Origin: Gammaproteobacteria bacterium
GTDB lineage: Bacteria; Pseudomonadota; Gammaproteobacteria; Eutrophobiales; Eutrophobiaceae
Length of the DNA: 64,000 nucleotides
Direction of reading: 5' to 3'
Assembly: GCA_965116585.1 (NCBI GenBank)
Contig: OZ220714.1
Location: 2,309,247-2,373,246, forward strand
The position numbers and the translations under genes were made by a program. Of this stretch, positions 34,760-43,456 are shown one piece after another (position 1 is the stretch's first letter; each line of letters begins with the position of its first letter). Under the pieces are notes generated by a model. It saw only the letters and a program-made list of their open reading frames with translations. It did not search any database and was not told where the DNA came from.

Positions 34760-35968
34760 TCAGGAACCCAGCTTCAACTTGAAATGCGTCGGCGGATTGT
34801 TATGCAATAGTCTGCTGACGGCCAGCATCGCGACAATGCTGATGATCGCAGCTATGGAAAAGAGCATAAATGCCGGGTCGTAGTGTCCTGTCTGTTCCAG
34901 CAGGTAACCACCCGAATAACTCCCCAGGATAGACCCAGCGTAACCGAATGTGAATATCACACCCAACGCTTTGCCTGAGCTGTGTGTAGGCACGATCATC
35001 GCGGCAATACTCATAATGGTAACGATGACCTGTGAATGCCCCCAGGTAATCATGGTAATGACGGCGACAGTTGCCCACAACGGCAGTTGCGGGGCAAGCA
35101 GCAGGATGAGAATACCGGCGCAGGCCAGGATGCCGCCCGAGACACACAGGATGATTATCCGGCGCAGGTTCGAGCACAGGAAACCGGTGAGCAACGATGC
35201 CGGGATTGCCGCGATGCCAAACATGACGGCGCCGACGCCGATTTCAGCCGGCGAGTATTGGTAGACCTCACCCAGGAAGACCGGGACCCAGGTAAGCACG
35301 CCGTAGAGTTCGACAAACAGGACGCAGGCGCCAAATGCCAGCAGCATGACACAGGGGTTGCGCAGCAAGGCGCCGATGGTGGTGGAGCCTTCATTGTCCG
35401 CGGGTTTGTCAGGTCCGGCCGTTGGCGGCGGATTTCTCAACAGCGGCAGGGAAATAATGAAGAGCAGCAAAAAGGACAGCGAGAAAATACGCGCCGTCCA
35501 GCGCCAGCCCAGCGCATCGGCCAGGATCGGTGTCATGAACATCGCCAGGGCAATACCGATGTTGAGCGAACCGTTGATATAACCAATCCCCTTCCCCACC
35601 TGCTCCGGCGGCATGTACTTGGGAATGGAATCCACTGCCGCGATAAAGATGATGGAGATACCGATGGCGACCAGCACTCTCAGCGCCAGCAACACATAAT
35701 AGTTGTCGCCCACCGTGCCCAGGATACCCAGCAGTCCGACGCCAAGCAGGCAAACACAAATCACCGGCGCCGCGCCCAGCCTGTCCGTCACGGAACCGGC
35801 CGGCAGACTCGCCAGACACCTGACCACGGTATAAGCCGTCATGAACAAACCTGCCTGGGCATAACTGATGTGCAGTTCGTCAACCAGCAGCGGGATCATC
35901 GAAGGTATTTCGAATACCTTGATGAAGGCAAAAAGAATCGCGAGATTAACCAGCCAGATGACTTTCAT
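34760..35968 (-). CDS. MFS transporter
   Basis: 402 aa, 12 predicted hydrophobic helices, a DRLG-like motif (VTDRLGAAP). Confidence 0.7.
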   Translation of the reverse strand: MKVIWLVNLAILFAFIKVFEIPSMIPLLVDELHISYAQAGLFMTAYTVVRCLASLPAGSVTDRLGAAPVICVCLLGVGLLGILGTVGDNYYVLLALRVLVAIGISIIFIAAVDSIPKYMPPEQVGKGIGYINGSLNIGIALAMFMTPILADALGWRWTARIFSLSFLLLFIISLPLLRNPPPTAGPDKPADNEGSTTIGALLRNPCVMLLAFGACVLFVELYGVLTWVPVFLGEVYQYSPAEIGVGAVMFGIAAIPASLLTGFLCSNLRRIIILCVSGGILACAGILILLLAPQLPLWATVAVITMITWGHSQVIVTIMSIAAMIVPTHSSGKALGVIFTFGYAGSILGSYSGGYLLEQTGHYDPAFMLFSIAAIISIVAMLAVSRLLHNNPPTHFKLKLGS

Positions 35969-36229
35969 GGAGATACCGTGTATTTGTTCTGAGTCCGTGA
36001 GTCCGGACTCTCCTTAAAGTTTTGTTTTATCCTGTGAAAACCGTAGCTTAAGCCCATAATAGCACATCTTTTGAAAAAGTTTCTCTTTATTATCAGTAGG
36101 TTTCACCAGTTTAGACTGGTCCGACCCTAATCAAATTCATGCTCAAAAAAACGGGGCTGTGATAAACTGCACGGTATTTCTTATTTTACACTCAACCCAC
36201 GCGCAAGGCAGGGGACAGGGAGACCACAG

Positions 36230-37477
36230 ATGACATCGGCAAACACGTCTTCACTGAGAATAGCAGGAGATCGGCTCTGGTCGTCTCTTATGGAAATGGC
36301 GGAGATCGGCAAAACTGTACGCGGGGGTTGTAACCGCCAGGCCCTGACCGATGAGGACAAACAGGGAAGGGATTTATTTGTTGCCTGGTGCGAGTCAGCC
36401 GGTTGTACAGTCAGCACCGACGCCATGGGCAACCTCTTTGCCCGCCGTGCCGGTATTGATAATTCCCTGCCGCCGGTCATCTGCGGTTCGCACCTGGACA
36501 CCCAGCCCACCGGTGGGAAATTTGATGGTGTGTATGGCGTGCTTGCCGGCCTGGAAGTGATCCGTACCCTGAACGACCATGGCGTGCAGACCCGGCATCC
36601 GTTTGAAGTGGTCTGCTGGACTAACGAGGAAGGCGCGCGTTTCTCACCGGCGATGCTGGGTTCCGGCGTCTGGGCCGGCGCGTTCGACCTGGAATACGGG
36701 CACAACCGTACCGACAAGGAAGGGAAAACCGTACAACAGGAACTGCAACGGATTGGCTACCTGGGAGCTGCCGAATGCCGGCCAAGACCGCTCAGGGCCG
36801 CATTCGAGGCGCATATCGAGCAAGGCCCCATCCTGGAACAGGAGGGCATCCGGATCGGCATCGTGAAAGGCGTACAGGCGATTGGCTGGTATGACCTGAT
36901 CATCGAGGGCGTACCCTGCCATGCGGGCACTACGCCGATGGAAGTGCGCCGGGACCCGTTTATGGCCTTGTATGGGATCCTGGACAAGCTCTACCAGCTT
37001 GCCGACGATTTCAAACCCTGGGCAAGAATGACGTTCGGCGATATCAGGGCTGAACCCGGCGCCCGCAATACCGTGCCGGAGCGCCTGCTCGTGACCGTGG
37101 ATATGCGTCATCCCGACCGCCGGCAGCTAGGTAATATGGAGCAGGCAATGCAGGCCATCGTCAGTAACGAGTGCGGCAAATTCGGACTGGACTGGGAAGT
37201 AAAACAGGAGTTCGATGCACCCGCCATCAGTTTCGACCAGGATTGCATTAACGCAGTGCGTAACGCGACGGACGCGCTGGGCTATTCCAGCAAGGAGATG
37301 GTCAGCGGCGCCGGGCATGATTCTGTTTACGTATCCGGGGTGGCGCCGACCAGTATGATCTTCATCCCCTGCGAAGGGGGGTTAAGCCACAATGAGGCTG
37401 AAAACACCGGCAAGGAAGACGTGGAAGCCGGTTGCAACGTGTTGTTGCATGCCATGCTCGGAATAGACGTGGGTTAG
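36230..37477 (+). CDS. M20-family Zn-dependent amidohydrolase (N-carbamoyl-amino-acid/allantoate amidohydrolase-like)
   Basis: ...ICGSHLDTQPTGGKFDGVYGVLAGLEV...CWTNEEGARFSP... are M20/AmaB motifs. Confidence 0.75.
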   Translation: MTSANTSSLRIAGDRLWSSLMEMAEIGKTVRGGCNRQALTDEDKQGRDLFVAWCESAGCTVSTDAMGNLFARRAGIDNSLPPVICGSHLDTQPTGGKFDGVYGVLAGLEVIRTLNDHGVQTRHPFEVVCWTNEEGARFSPAMLGSGVWAGAFDLEYGHNRTDKEGKTVQQELQRIGYLGAAECRPRPLRAAFEAHIEQGPILEQEGIRIGIVKGVQAIGWYDLIIEGVPCHAGTTPMEVRRDPFMALYGILDKLYQLADDFKPWARMTFGDIRAEPGARNTVPERLLVTVDMRHPDRRQLGNMEQAMQAIVSNECGKFGLDWEVKQEFDAPAISFDQDCINAVRNATDALGYSSKEMVSGAGHDSVYVSGVAPTSMIFIPCEGGLSHNEAENTGKEDVEAGCNVLLHAMLGIDVG

Positions 37478-37492
37478 TTATCCAGCGCCACG

Positions 37493-37588
37493 TTCGTCAT
37501 TCCTGCGAATGCAGGAATCCAGTGAAAAAACATTCCTTATAAGGAATTTGGCTGTCTACTGGATTCCTGTATTCACGGGAATGACGAA
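37493..37588. repeat. Pair of inverted REP-like palindromes with a central perfect palindrome ATTCCTTATAAGGAAT
   Basis: CGTCATTCCTGCGAATGCAGGAATCCAGTGA ... CTACTGGATTCCTGTATTCACGGGAATGACG. Confidence 0.7.
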
Positions 37589-37631
37589 TTATGATGCGGC
37601 ATGAATTACGTCGCTTTGTATGAAACGAAGA

Positions 37632-38300
37632 TCAACCCGGCTGTTCGGTGAAAAACGTCCTGATCTGGTTGGCCAGGGATTTGCAGGCGTTTTCCTGGAC
37701 GCGGGCCAGCAGCGGCACCGGGATGATGATCGCCGGCATGAACGAGGTGCCCTTGGTTTCCGCATTGATCTTGCCGGATAAGGCCAGTTCCTTGAAGTCC
37801 CAGATGCTGGCTTCGTAGTTAGCCTCGTCCTTCCAGTAGGCAAAACCGAAACAACCGCCACCACCCGGTCCCACCGCACAGGACACGGAGCCGGATTTGT
37901 CCGTTCTTTCGGTGGTGCCGTCTATCCAGACGAAATAACGCAGGTTGAACTCATTGAATTTCGAGGCAATAGCCGGGACTTGCGCCAATTTGCCCAGGTT
38001 TTTTACGTCCATGGGCGCGGTGCTGGTTTCAAAGTAGGGGTACATGCTGTCGATAAATTCCTGCTCCGGAATCACGTTGATGTCGGACTGTCCCTGCCGC
38101 AGCGATTTGCCCACACAACTGATGAAGTCATTTTCGGTCTCATAGCCGGAACTGTGACGCCGCCCCAGCACCACGATGGCCTCACCCCCGGCTATCAGCG
38201 CGGTCGGCGCCTCCCGGTACTCGTCGATCACCGTCGTGCTCTTGCACCCCGCCAGCAGGGCTGCAGCAAACAGGACAATGAGGGTTGTCAGGATTTTCAC
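37632..38300 (-). CDS. Lipoprotein, unknown function
   Basis: Signal peptide plus lipobox LLAGC. Confidence 0.55.
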   Translation of the reverse strand: MKILTTLIVLFAAALLAGCKSTTVIDEYREAPTALIAGGEAIVVLGRRHSSGYETENDFISCVGKSLRQGQSDINVIPEQEFIDSMYPYFETSTAPMDVKNLGKLAQVPAIASKFNEFNLRYFVWIDGTTERTDKSGSVSCAVGPGGGGCFGFAYWKDEANYEASIWDFKELALSGKINAETKGTSFMPAIIIPVPLLARVQENACKSLANQIRTFFTEQPG

Positions 38301-38342
38301 GCTTGCAGGCTACTTATGTTAATTATCCGCAGATTTGTTGAT

Positions 38343-38966
38343 TCATCTGCGGATATCAAACTGCTCCAGCCAGGCGCCGACGTCCGCTATTTTGGGGAAA
38401 CCCAGCGCAAACCGGGCGCCGGCGTCGCGCAGGGCCTGGTTGACGGCGGCGTTAAGGCCCTTGTCGCGGCTTTTCATGAACTCGGTGGATGATTTGCCGT
38501 AGCCGGTCACCGACCAGTTTGCGATGGTGTTGCCGTCCCGGTCGTAGAGTTCCATGTTGTACTTGACCCAGGCTTCGTAGAAGTCCGTTTTGGTTTCCGC
38601 AGGCAGGGCAAACTGCATCTCTGCAACGCTGGGCAGCAGCACTGCATCGACACCGGCATCCGTGTCCGTTGTTGTAACCTCCGTTGTTTCCTCGAACATG
38701 GAAGTGAAGATTTGCTGGAACAGGGCCAGGTGGGACGCGCCGCTGTCTATCTTCCACTCAGGCCGATCTTCTGAATCTTCCTCGTAAATGTAATTCCGCA
38801 ACTCATCACTATAGACCACGCCCATCTTCACCGGCATGCGGGAGACCACCGGACTGGGAATCTCGCTGTCCACCTTGAGTGACATGGACTGCTGGCAGGC
38901 AGTCAGGAACAATGCCAGGCCGATTGGGAAAATGAGTTTGCCAGTTATCTGCATTCGCATATTCAC
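38343..38966 (-). CDS. Lipoprotein, unknown function
   Basis: Signal peptide plus lipobox LTAC. Confidence 0.55.
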   Translation of the reverse strand: MNMRMQITGKLIFPIGLALFLTACQQSMSLKVDSEIPSPVVSRMPVKMGVVYSDELRNYIYEEDSEDRPEWKIDSGASHLALFQQIFTSMFEETTEVTTTDTDAGVDAVLLPSVAEMQFALPAETKTDFYEAWVKYNMELYDRDGNTIANWSVTGYGKSSTEFMKSRDKGLNAAVNQALRDAGARFALGFPKIADVGAWLEQFDIRR

Positions 38967-39005
38967 AGATTAACACAAATATAATCCGTACATTACGCAG
39001 TGGAC

Positions 39006-40010
39006 TTAAAACGCCCGGCCCGGTTCATTCAAACCTACATACGCCCCGCCGTTTTCGTGGGTGAGTTGGCGCATGAGCGCGGCGTAGTGTCTGTTGGTCA
39101 TCTGGAAATGTTCAGGGGCGCTGGACGGGACCGGGAAACCGACGGCGTGGATGCGTACTTTGGTTTTGCCGTCCCTGTCTTTCGGGTTGATGCGTTCTAC
39201 CGCATCCAGCACCTGCTTGATTGAACCGGAGAATTCGTCGCCGTACACGTAGATGCTGATCTTTTTTCCAGAGTCATAAAACGTGCGGATCGCCTGGGTA
39301 ATCCCTTCTACCGGGCTGCTGTTGCTGAAGGTGCGCCAACTGCGCAAGGTCCTGATGATAACCCGGCGCCGGCCTTCCGTATCGGGTATCCATTTGCGCC
39401 GGTACTGGGAAAACAGGTATTCACCCATATCGCTCATGATCTGTATGCCCTTCAGGCGGGGATAGACGTCCAGCGTGGTGATCAACTGCTTGATCATGTT
39501 TTCCCAGTGGCTGTTGACCATGCTGCCGGAGGTGTCGATGATGAAGATAACGTACTCGCTGTCCACCGGTATGCCGCCGATCAGGCCGGTCTGCACCCGG
39601 CCTGTCTGGGCCAGCAGGCGTTTCATCTCTTCCGTCAGGGTTTGCAGGGCCAGTTCAAACTCACCCCTCATGATCTCGCCCACGGCCGAATCGTCGCGCA
39701 CGCTGTTATAGCGCAACTCCTCCTGCACCAGTTCCGCCTCCAGGCGCGCCACCCGCTGTTCCCATTCGGAACGCTGCTCGTGTTTGGCGTTCAGTTCCCG
39801 GTCCAGGATTTTTGCCTCGCCGCGGATTTCAAACAACTGGATCTGCAATTCCCTCACGATACCGTGCAGGGATTCCTCGGCGCGTTCCAGAATGGGACTG
39901 TCCCCGGTTTTGGCAATCAGCAACAACAGGATGATGGCGCCGAAGCCGCAGGTTATGACGTCCAGGAAGGAAATGCTGAACGCTTCGTTTTCCCGCCGCT
40001 TTTTCCTCAT
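39006..40010 (-). CDS. Membrane protein: ExbD/TolR-like N-terminal anchor, coiled coil, C-terminal VWA domain
   Basis: N-terminus FSISFLDVITCGFGAIILLLLI resembles the ExbD/TolR TM segment and keeps the conserved Asp. DxSxS MIDAS-like motif (IIDTSGSM). It is a paralog of the upstream gene. Confidence 0.55.
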   Translation of the reverse strand: MRKKRRENEAFSISFLDVITCGFGAIILLLLIAKTGDSPILERAEESLHGIVRELQIQLFEIRGEAKILDRELNAKHEQRSEWEQRVARLEAELVQEELRYNSVRDDSAVGEIMRGEFELALQTLTEEMKRLLAQTGRVQTGLIGGIPVDSEYVIFIIDTSGSMVNSHWENMIKQLITTLDVYPRLKGIQIMSDMGEYLFSQYRRKWIPDTEGRRRVIIRTLRSWRTFSNSSPVEGITQAIRTFYDSGKKISIYVYGDEFSGSIKQVLDAVERINPKDRDGKTKVRIHAVGFPVPSSAPEHFQMTNRHYAALMRQLTHENGGAYVGLNEPGRAF

Positions 40011-41092
40011 GGCCAGTCCTTGCTGGGGATCAGGAACGCGCCGTTGGTACTCATGGCCAGACGCCAGTAGGCGAAGGCTGCGTCTCGGTCGCCTTCCAGC
40101 GGCGTCAGTATCACGTTAAGCGGCACACCGCCGGGCACTTGTGCCACCGCCCGGGTAAACAGGTCCAGACGTTGTTTGCCGGTGATGGTCGCCCCCCTGA
40201 TCCGCTTTGAGCCCTGGGTGGGCAAGCCGTCGGTAATCAGGTACACGTTGTCGGGCCTGGGCCGCAGTTTGCTGATGGCTGCAAACGCTCGCTCCAGGTT
40301 GGTACCGCCTTCCGGCACGACCTTGGCCAGCGCTTCTATCATCGAGTTCAACTCCGCCTTGTTGTTGACGTCCAGCCACTTACCGGCCAGGCCCGGCAGC
40401 AATGCGCGGGTTTCCGTGTTGAACACGTAGATCTGGTATTGGCTGCCCCGGGGAAACCGGGCCGTGAGCCAGTCTACCGTTCTCAGGGTCTGCACCCATT
40501 TTTCCGCTCGACGCCTCACGCCATCACGTTCATTGCGAAGGATGATGACATTTGTAATGCTCTTATGCATCATACTGGCAGAAACATCCAGCAATAACAG
40601 GATGCGTTTACCGTCCAGTTTCAGCCCGGTCAGGTACTCGCGGTTGCCCTCGCCGACCAGGCGTCGCACATCGTTGCCGCGGTCCTTCAGGTCTTCCTGC
40701 AACTGCTTCTTCTGTTCTTCCAGTTGCTTGATATTGAGCTTCAATTGGTCCAGTTCCACGGTGCTGGTGGTTTCCGACAGTTGTTCGATCAGGGAGCGTG
40801 TCTCCTCAATTTTCGCCATGATGCGCCGTGCCATGCCCTGCGCCACGACCAGTTCTTCATCAAGTTCCGAGATGGTGTTGCGGGTTTTGGCCAGGTTCTG
40901 CCTGCCTGCCAGTATTTCCTCCTCCAGCAACATCACTTCGGAGGTCTGGTCCCGGTTATCCACGGGTATGGGTGCGTTGGTGTCAACGTTGTGCTTGATG
41001 ATGAGGAACAACAGCACTACCGAGCCGAAGCCGCAGGACATGATGTCCAGGAAGGACAGGCTGAAAGGGGTGAGCAGTCTGCGATTGCGCAT
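40007..41092 (-). CDS. Membrane protein: ExbD/TolR-like N-terminal anchor, long coiled coil, C-terminal VWA domain (paralog)
   Basis: N-terminus FSLSFLDIMSCGFGSVVLLFLI; LLLDVSASM MIDAS-like motif; 4-bp overlap with the downstream gene. Confidence 0.55.
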   Translation of the reverse strand: MRNRRLLTPFSLSFLDIMSCGFGSVVLLFLIIKHNVDTNAPIPVDNRDQTSEVMLLEEEILAGRQNLAKTRNTISELDEELVVAQGMARRIMAKIEETRSLIEQLSETTSTVELDQLKLNIKQLEEQKKQLQEDLKDRGNDVRRLVGEGNREYLTGLKLDGKRILLLLDVSASMMHKSITNVIILRNERDGVRRRAEKWVQTLRTVDWLTARFPRGSQYQIYVFNTETRALLPGLAGKWLDVNNKAELNSMIEALAKVVPEGGTNLERAFAAISKLRPRPDNVYLITDGLPTQGSKRIRGATITGKQRLDLFTRAVAQVPGGVPLNVILTPLEGDRDAAFAYWRLAMSTNGAFLIPSKDWP

Positions 41093-42405
41093 TAGCGCAA
41101 CACCTTGATCAGGGCAAATTCACGCTCCGAGTGAGCGAAACTGATAATGTCGCCTGGCTTTAGCGCCGCGCCGCGCTCACTGGCCTGTCCGTTGATATAA
41201 ACAACACCATTGGCAACCAGGGACAGGATTGCCGCGGCGCCGTTCAGGGACACCGAGCAAAGCGCATCCTGTGTGCCGGGTTGCGCCGGCGCGCCGTGCG
41301 CGCACAGGTATAAGGGTTCCGGCCCCAGCGGGTACGCCTCGGCGCCGGCCAGGACATGGGTTGGCCCGGCTTCAGGTTGTTGTGTCAGGCTTGCCGGCGC
41401 ACTGAAGCCGATGGCGGGGTCGGCGGCGGCCTCAAGCCGGGTAACAAAATACACCTCTTCTTCCGCATCACTGCCTTCCCGCACATAGCCCATACAGCCG
41501 GCGCAGGCGGCGCGCGGGTCCAGAACCTCGACCTGCCGGTGCGCGCTTGCCAGGTGCTCGGTGAACGCGGGCAGTCCGGCCAGACGCGGGTGCAACAGTG
41601 CCATCCGGTCGGCATCAACGGCAGCGCTGATTTTGCCATACAAGGGTCGCAGTGCTTCCACCAGCCGCTCCCGGCTTACCCGGGCCTGGTAACGGGCCTG
41701 CTCGAACTCAATATCGACCCGCGCATCGGCCGCCCGTGCCAGGTCGTGCAGGCATTGCGCCATGCGGTTGCATAGTGCCTGTTCCGTTACCGCGTGGTGC
41801 AGGGGGTCGAAACGGGACTGCTGTATGAACAGATCGGCGACGTGGTTCACGCATTTATCCTGAATTTCCAGCAGACCGACCTCGTTGATGACCTTCACTG
41901 CCGTGCGTTGCACCGTATCAGAGACGTCCAGGGAAGTGATCACGGTGTGATGCAGGTGGATGTCCAGGTGCTCATACCTCCCGGCGCCGGCCGTTGCTGC
42001 GGTGGCCGCCACCGCACTGTCCACCAGGCCCACCGGGGTAAACGGAGAGGCCTCCATCAGCCCGAGCAGCAATGCCAGTTGCTCCGTGGTAAAGCTGCCG
42101 GGCACCGCCATGGCCACCTGCTCCACCCCATCCGCCAATTCATGCAGGGACAGCAAATGCGCATAAGCCAGGTCGGCATTATGCCGGGCCAGTTTTGAGC
42201 GGTGTTTGAAATTATCCTGGTTCAGGCCGCTCCAGAAGCGGCTGAAAGTGTTGCGCGGGTCAAGATGGGTAGATTCCAGCGCTGCCTGCCCCAGCTCGAT
42301 CCGATCTTCCCTGAGCACGGCAATGCCGGGACTGCTCGCCACGACCTCACCGGCCTGGAAGATCTTTAATTCGGCATCGTTGAGTTCTATGACCGCGGCA
42401 TTCAT
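41092..42405 (-). CDS. Hsp70/actin-like (ASKHA-fold) N-terminal domain fused to a C-terminal FHA domain
   Basis: N-terminus AVIELNDAELKIF...IAVLREDRIELGQAAL...DPRNTFSRF resembles the DnaK N-terminal phosphate-1 region. C-terminus ...VYINGQASERGAALKPGDIISFAHSEREFALI is FHA-like. Confidence 0.5.
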   Translation of the reverse strand: MNAAVIELNDAELKIFQAGEVVASSPGIAVLREDRIELGQAALESTHLDPRNTFSRFWSGLNQDNFKHRSKLARHNADLAYAHLLSLHELADGVEQVAMAVPGSFTTEQLALLLGLMEASPFTPVGLVDSAVAATAATAGAGRYEHLDIHLHHTVITSLDVSDTVQRTAVKVINEVGLLEIQDKCVNHVADLFIQQSRFDPLHHAVTEQALCNRMAQCLHDLARAADARVDIEFEQARYQARVSRERLVEALRPLYGKISAAVDADRMALLHPRLAGLPAFTEHLASAHRQVEVLDPRAACAGCMGYVREGSDAEEEVYFVTRLEAAADPAIGFSAPASLTQQPEAGPTHVLAGAEAYPLGPEPLYLCAHGAPAQPGTQDALCSVSLNGAAAILSLVANGVVYINGQASERGAALKPGDIISFAHSEREFALIKVLR

Positions 42406-42413
42406 TTACCCGC

Positions 42414-43211
42414 CTACCTTACCTGCAAATGCCGTAACAGGTTGACGTCGCAGTAGTGTTGCGTGTCCAGCACCAGTCGTTCCTGGAGCAACTGTAACTG
42501 GTGCATCAGGAACATGATGAAAATACTGATGATCAAGGCAATGAAGGTGGAGTTGAAAGCCACCCCCAGGCTGACGGTGACCCCCACGATATCGCCTTCC
42601 ACCGCGCGGTGGGCCTGCCCCAGGGCCTCGCCGATACCGCGCACCGTGCCGATAAAGCCGATGGAAGGGATGGCCCAGATGATGTACCTGATCATGGAAA
42701 GTTCGGAGTCCAGCCGGTCCGATTCGGTCTCGCAGACCTCCCTGATGGCCGAGGACACGTCCTGGATATCCGCAGTGGAACCGAAGCGTTGCAACGCCGC
42801 CTGCAGGGCGCGCGGCAACAGGTATTCGCGTTCATCCTGCGCCAGCGCCTGTAACGGCCGGACGTACTGCCGGGTGTCCTCCGGCAGAATAGTGGCGCCG
42901 GGCGGCAACTCCAGCAGGGAACGGCCCAGCAAACGTCTTTCAGCCAGCGCCACCCTGGCCTTCAGGCCGATAATGGCCACGACCCACAAGGCCAGGATAA
43001 AACAGGCCTCCTGCTCGAAGTCCTTGATCACGATGAAAACCGAACGTTGCACCTCGTAGCTTTCCCCGGCCTCCTGTTGCAGGCGCTGCTCCTCCAGCAA
43101 CGCATCCGCATTGGGGCGCACCACCGCCACATACAGCGCGTGTACGATGATCATCGCGGCGATCAGCGTGAACAACTGGTAGAAAAAATCTGTGGTCTGG
43201 TTGAATTTCAC
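42414..43211 (-). CDS. MotA/TolQ/ExbB-family proton channel protein
   Basis: 265 aa with three TM helices. ...IIWAIPSIGFIGTVRGIGEALG...VTVSLGVAFNSTFIALIISIFIMF matches the ExbB/TolQ C-terminal TM pair. Confidence 0.7.
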   Translation of the reverse strand: MKFNQTTDFFYQLFTLIAAMIIVHALYVAVVRPNADALLEEQRLQQEAGESYEVQRSVFIVIKDFEQEACFILALWVVAIIGLKARVALAERRLLGRSLLELPPGATILPEDTRQYVRPLQALAQDEREYLLPRALQAALQRFGSTADIQDVSSAIREVCETESDRLDSELSMIRYIIWAIPSIGFIGTVRGIGEALGQAHRAVEGDIVGVTVSLGVAFNSTFIALIISIFIMFLMHQLQLLQERLVLDTQHYCDVNLLRHLQVR

Positions 43212-43426
43212 TATATGTCCACCGGGAACTCGATAGGATAATCTTCAGAAACCTCCTCCGTCGGATCAAAGGTTTCCGGTGCGCCGTCCGCTATCTCCTC
43301 TTCTGCCTGCTGTGCACCCGTTTCCTGCGACCCCTGCACAGCCTCGGGTTCGGCAACCACAGGGGCCTCCTGCGCCGCCACCGTAACAGCAGCAAAGATG
43401 ACAAGAAAAAAGGCTATTCTATACAT
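43211..43426 (-). CDS. Small secreted acidic protein (71 aa)
   Basis: Signal peptide MYRIAFFLVIFAAVTVAAQ followed by an E/D-rich stretch; stop overlaps the motA-like start. Confidence 0.4.
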   Translation of the reverse strand: MYRIAFFLVIFAAVTVAAQEAPVVAEPEAVQGSQETGAQQAEEEIADGAPETFDPTEEVSEDYPIEFPVDI

Positions 43427-43456
43427 GCGGAAGTTTGTATTGTATCACTGCCCCCT

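Noticed and set aside
41092-42405. Calling the 437-aa protein a DnaK paralog
   Set aside because: Only the N-terminal ~60 aa resemble the Hsp70 phosphate-binding loop region. The rest does not match by eye and the C-terminus is clearly FHA. It is described only as ASKHA-like/FHA pending HHpred.
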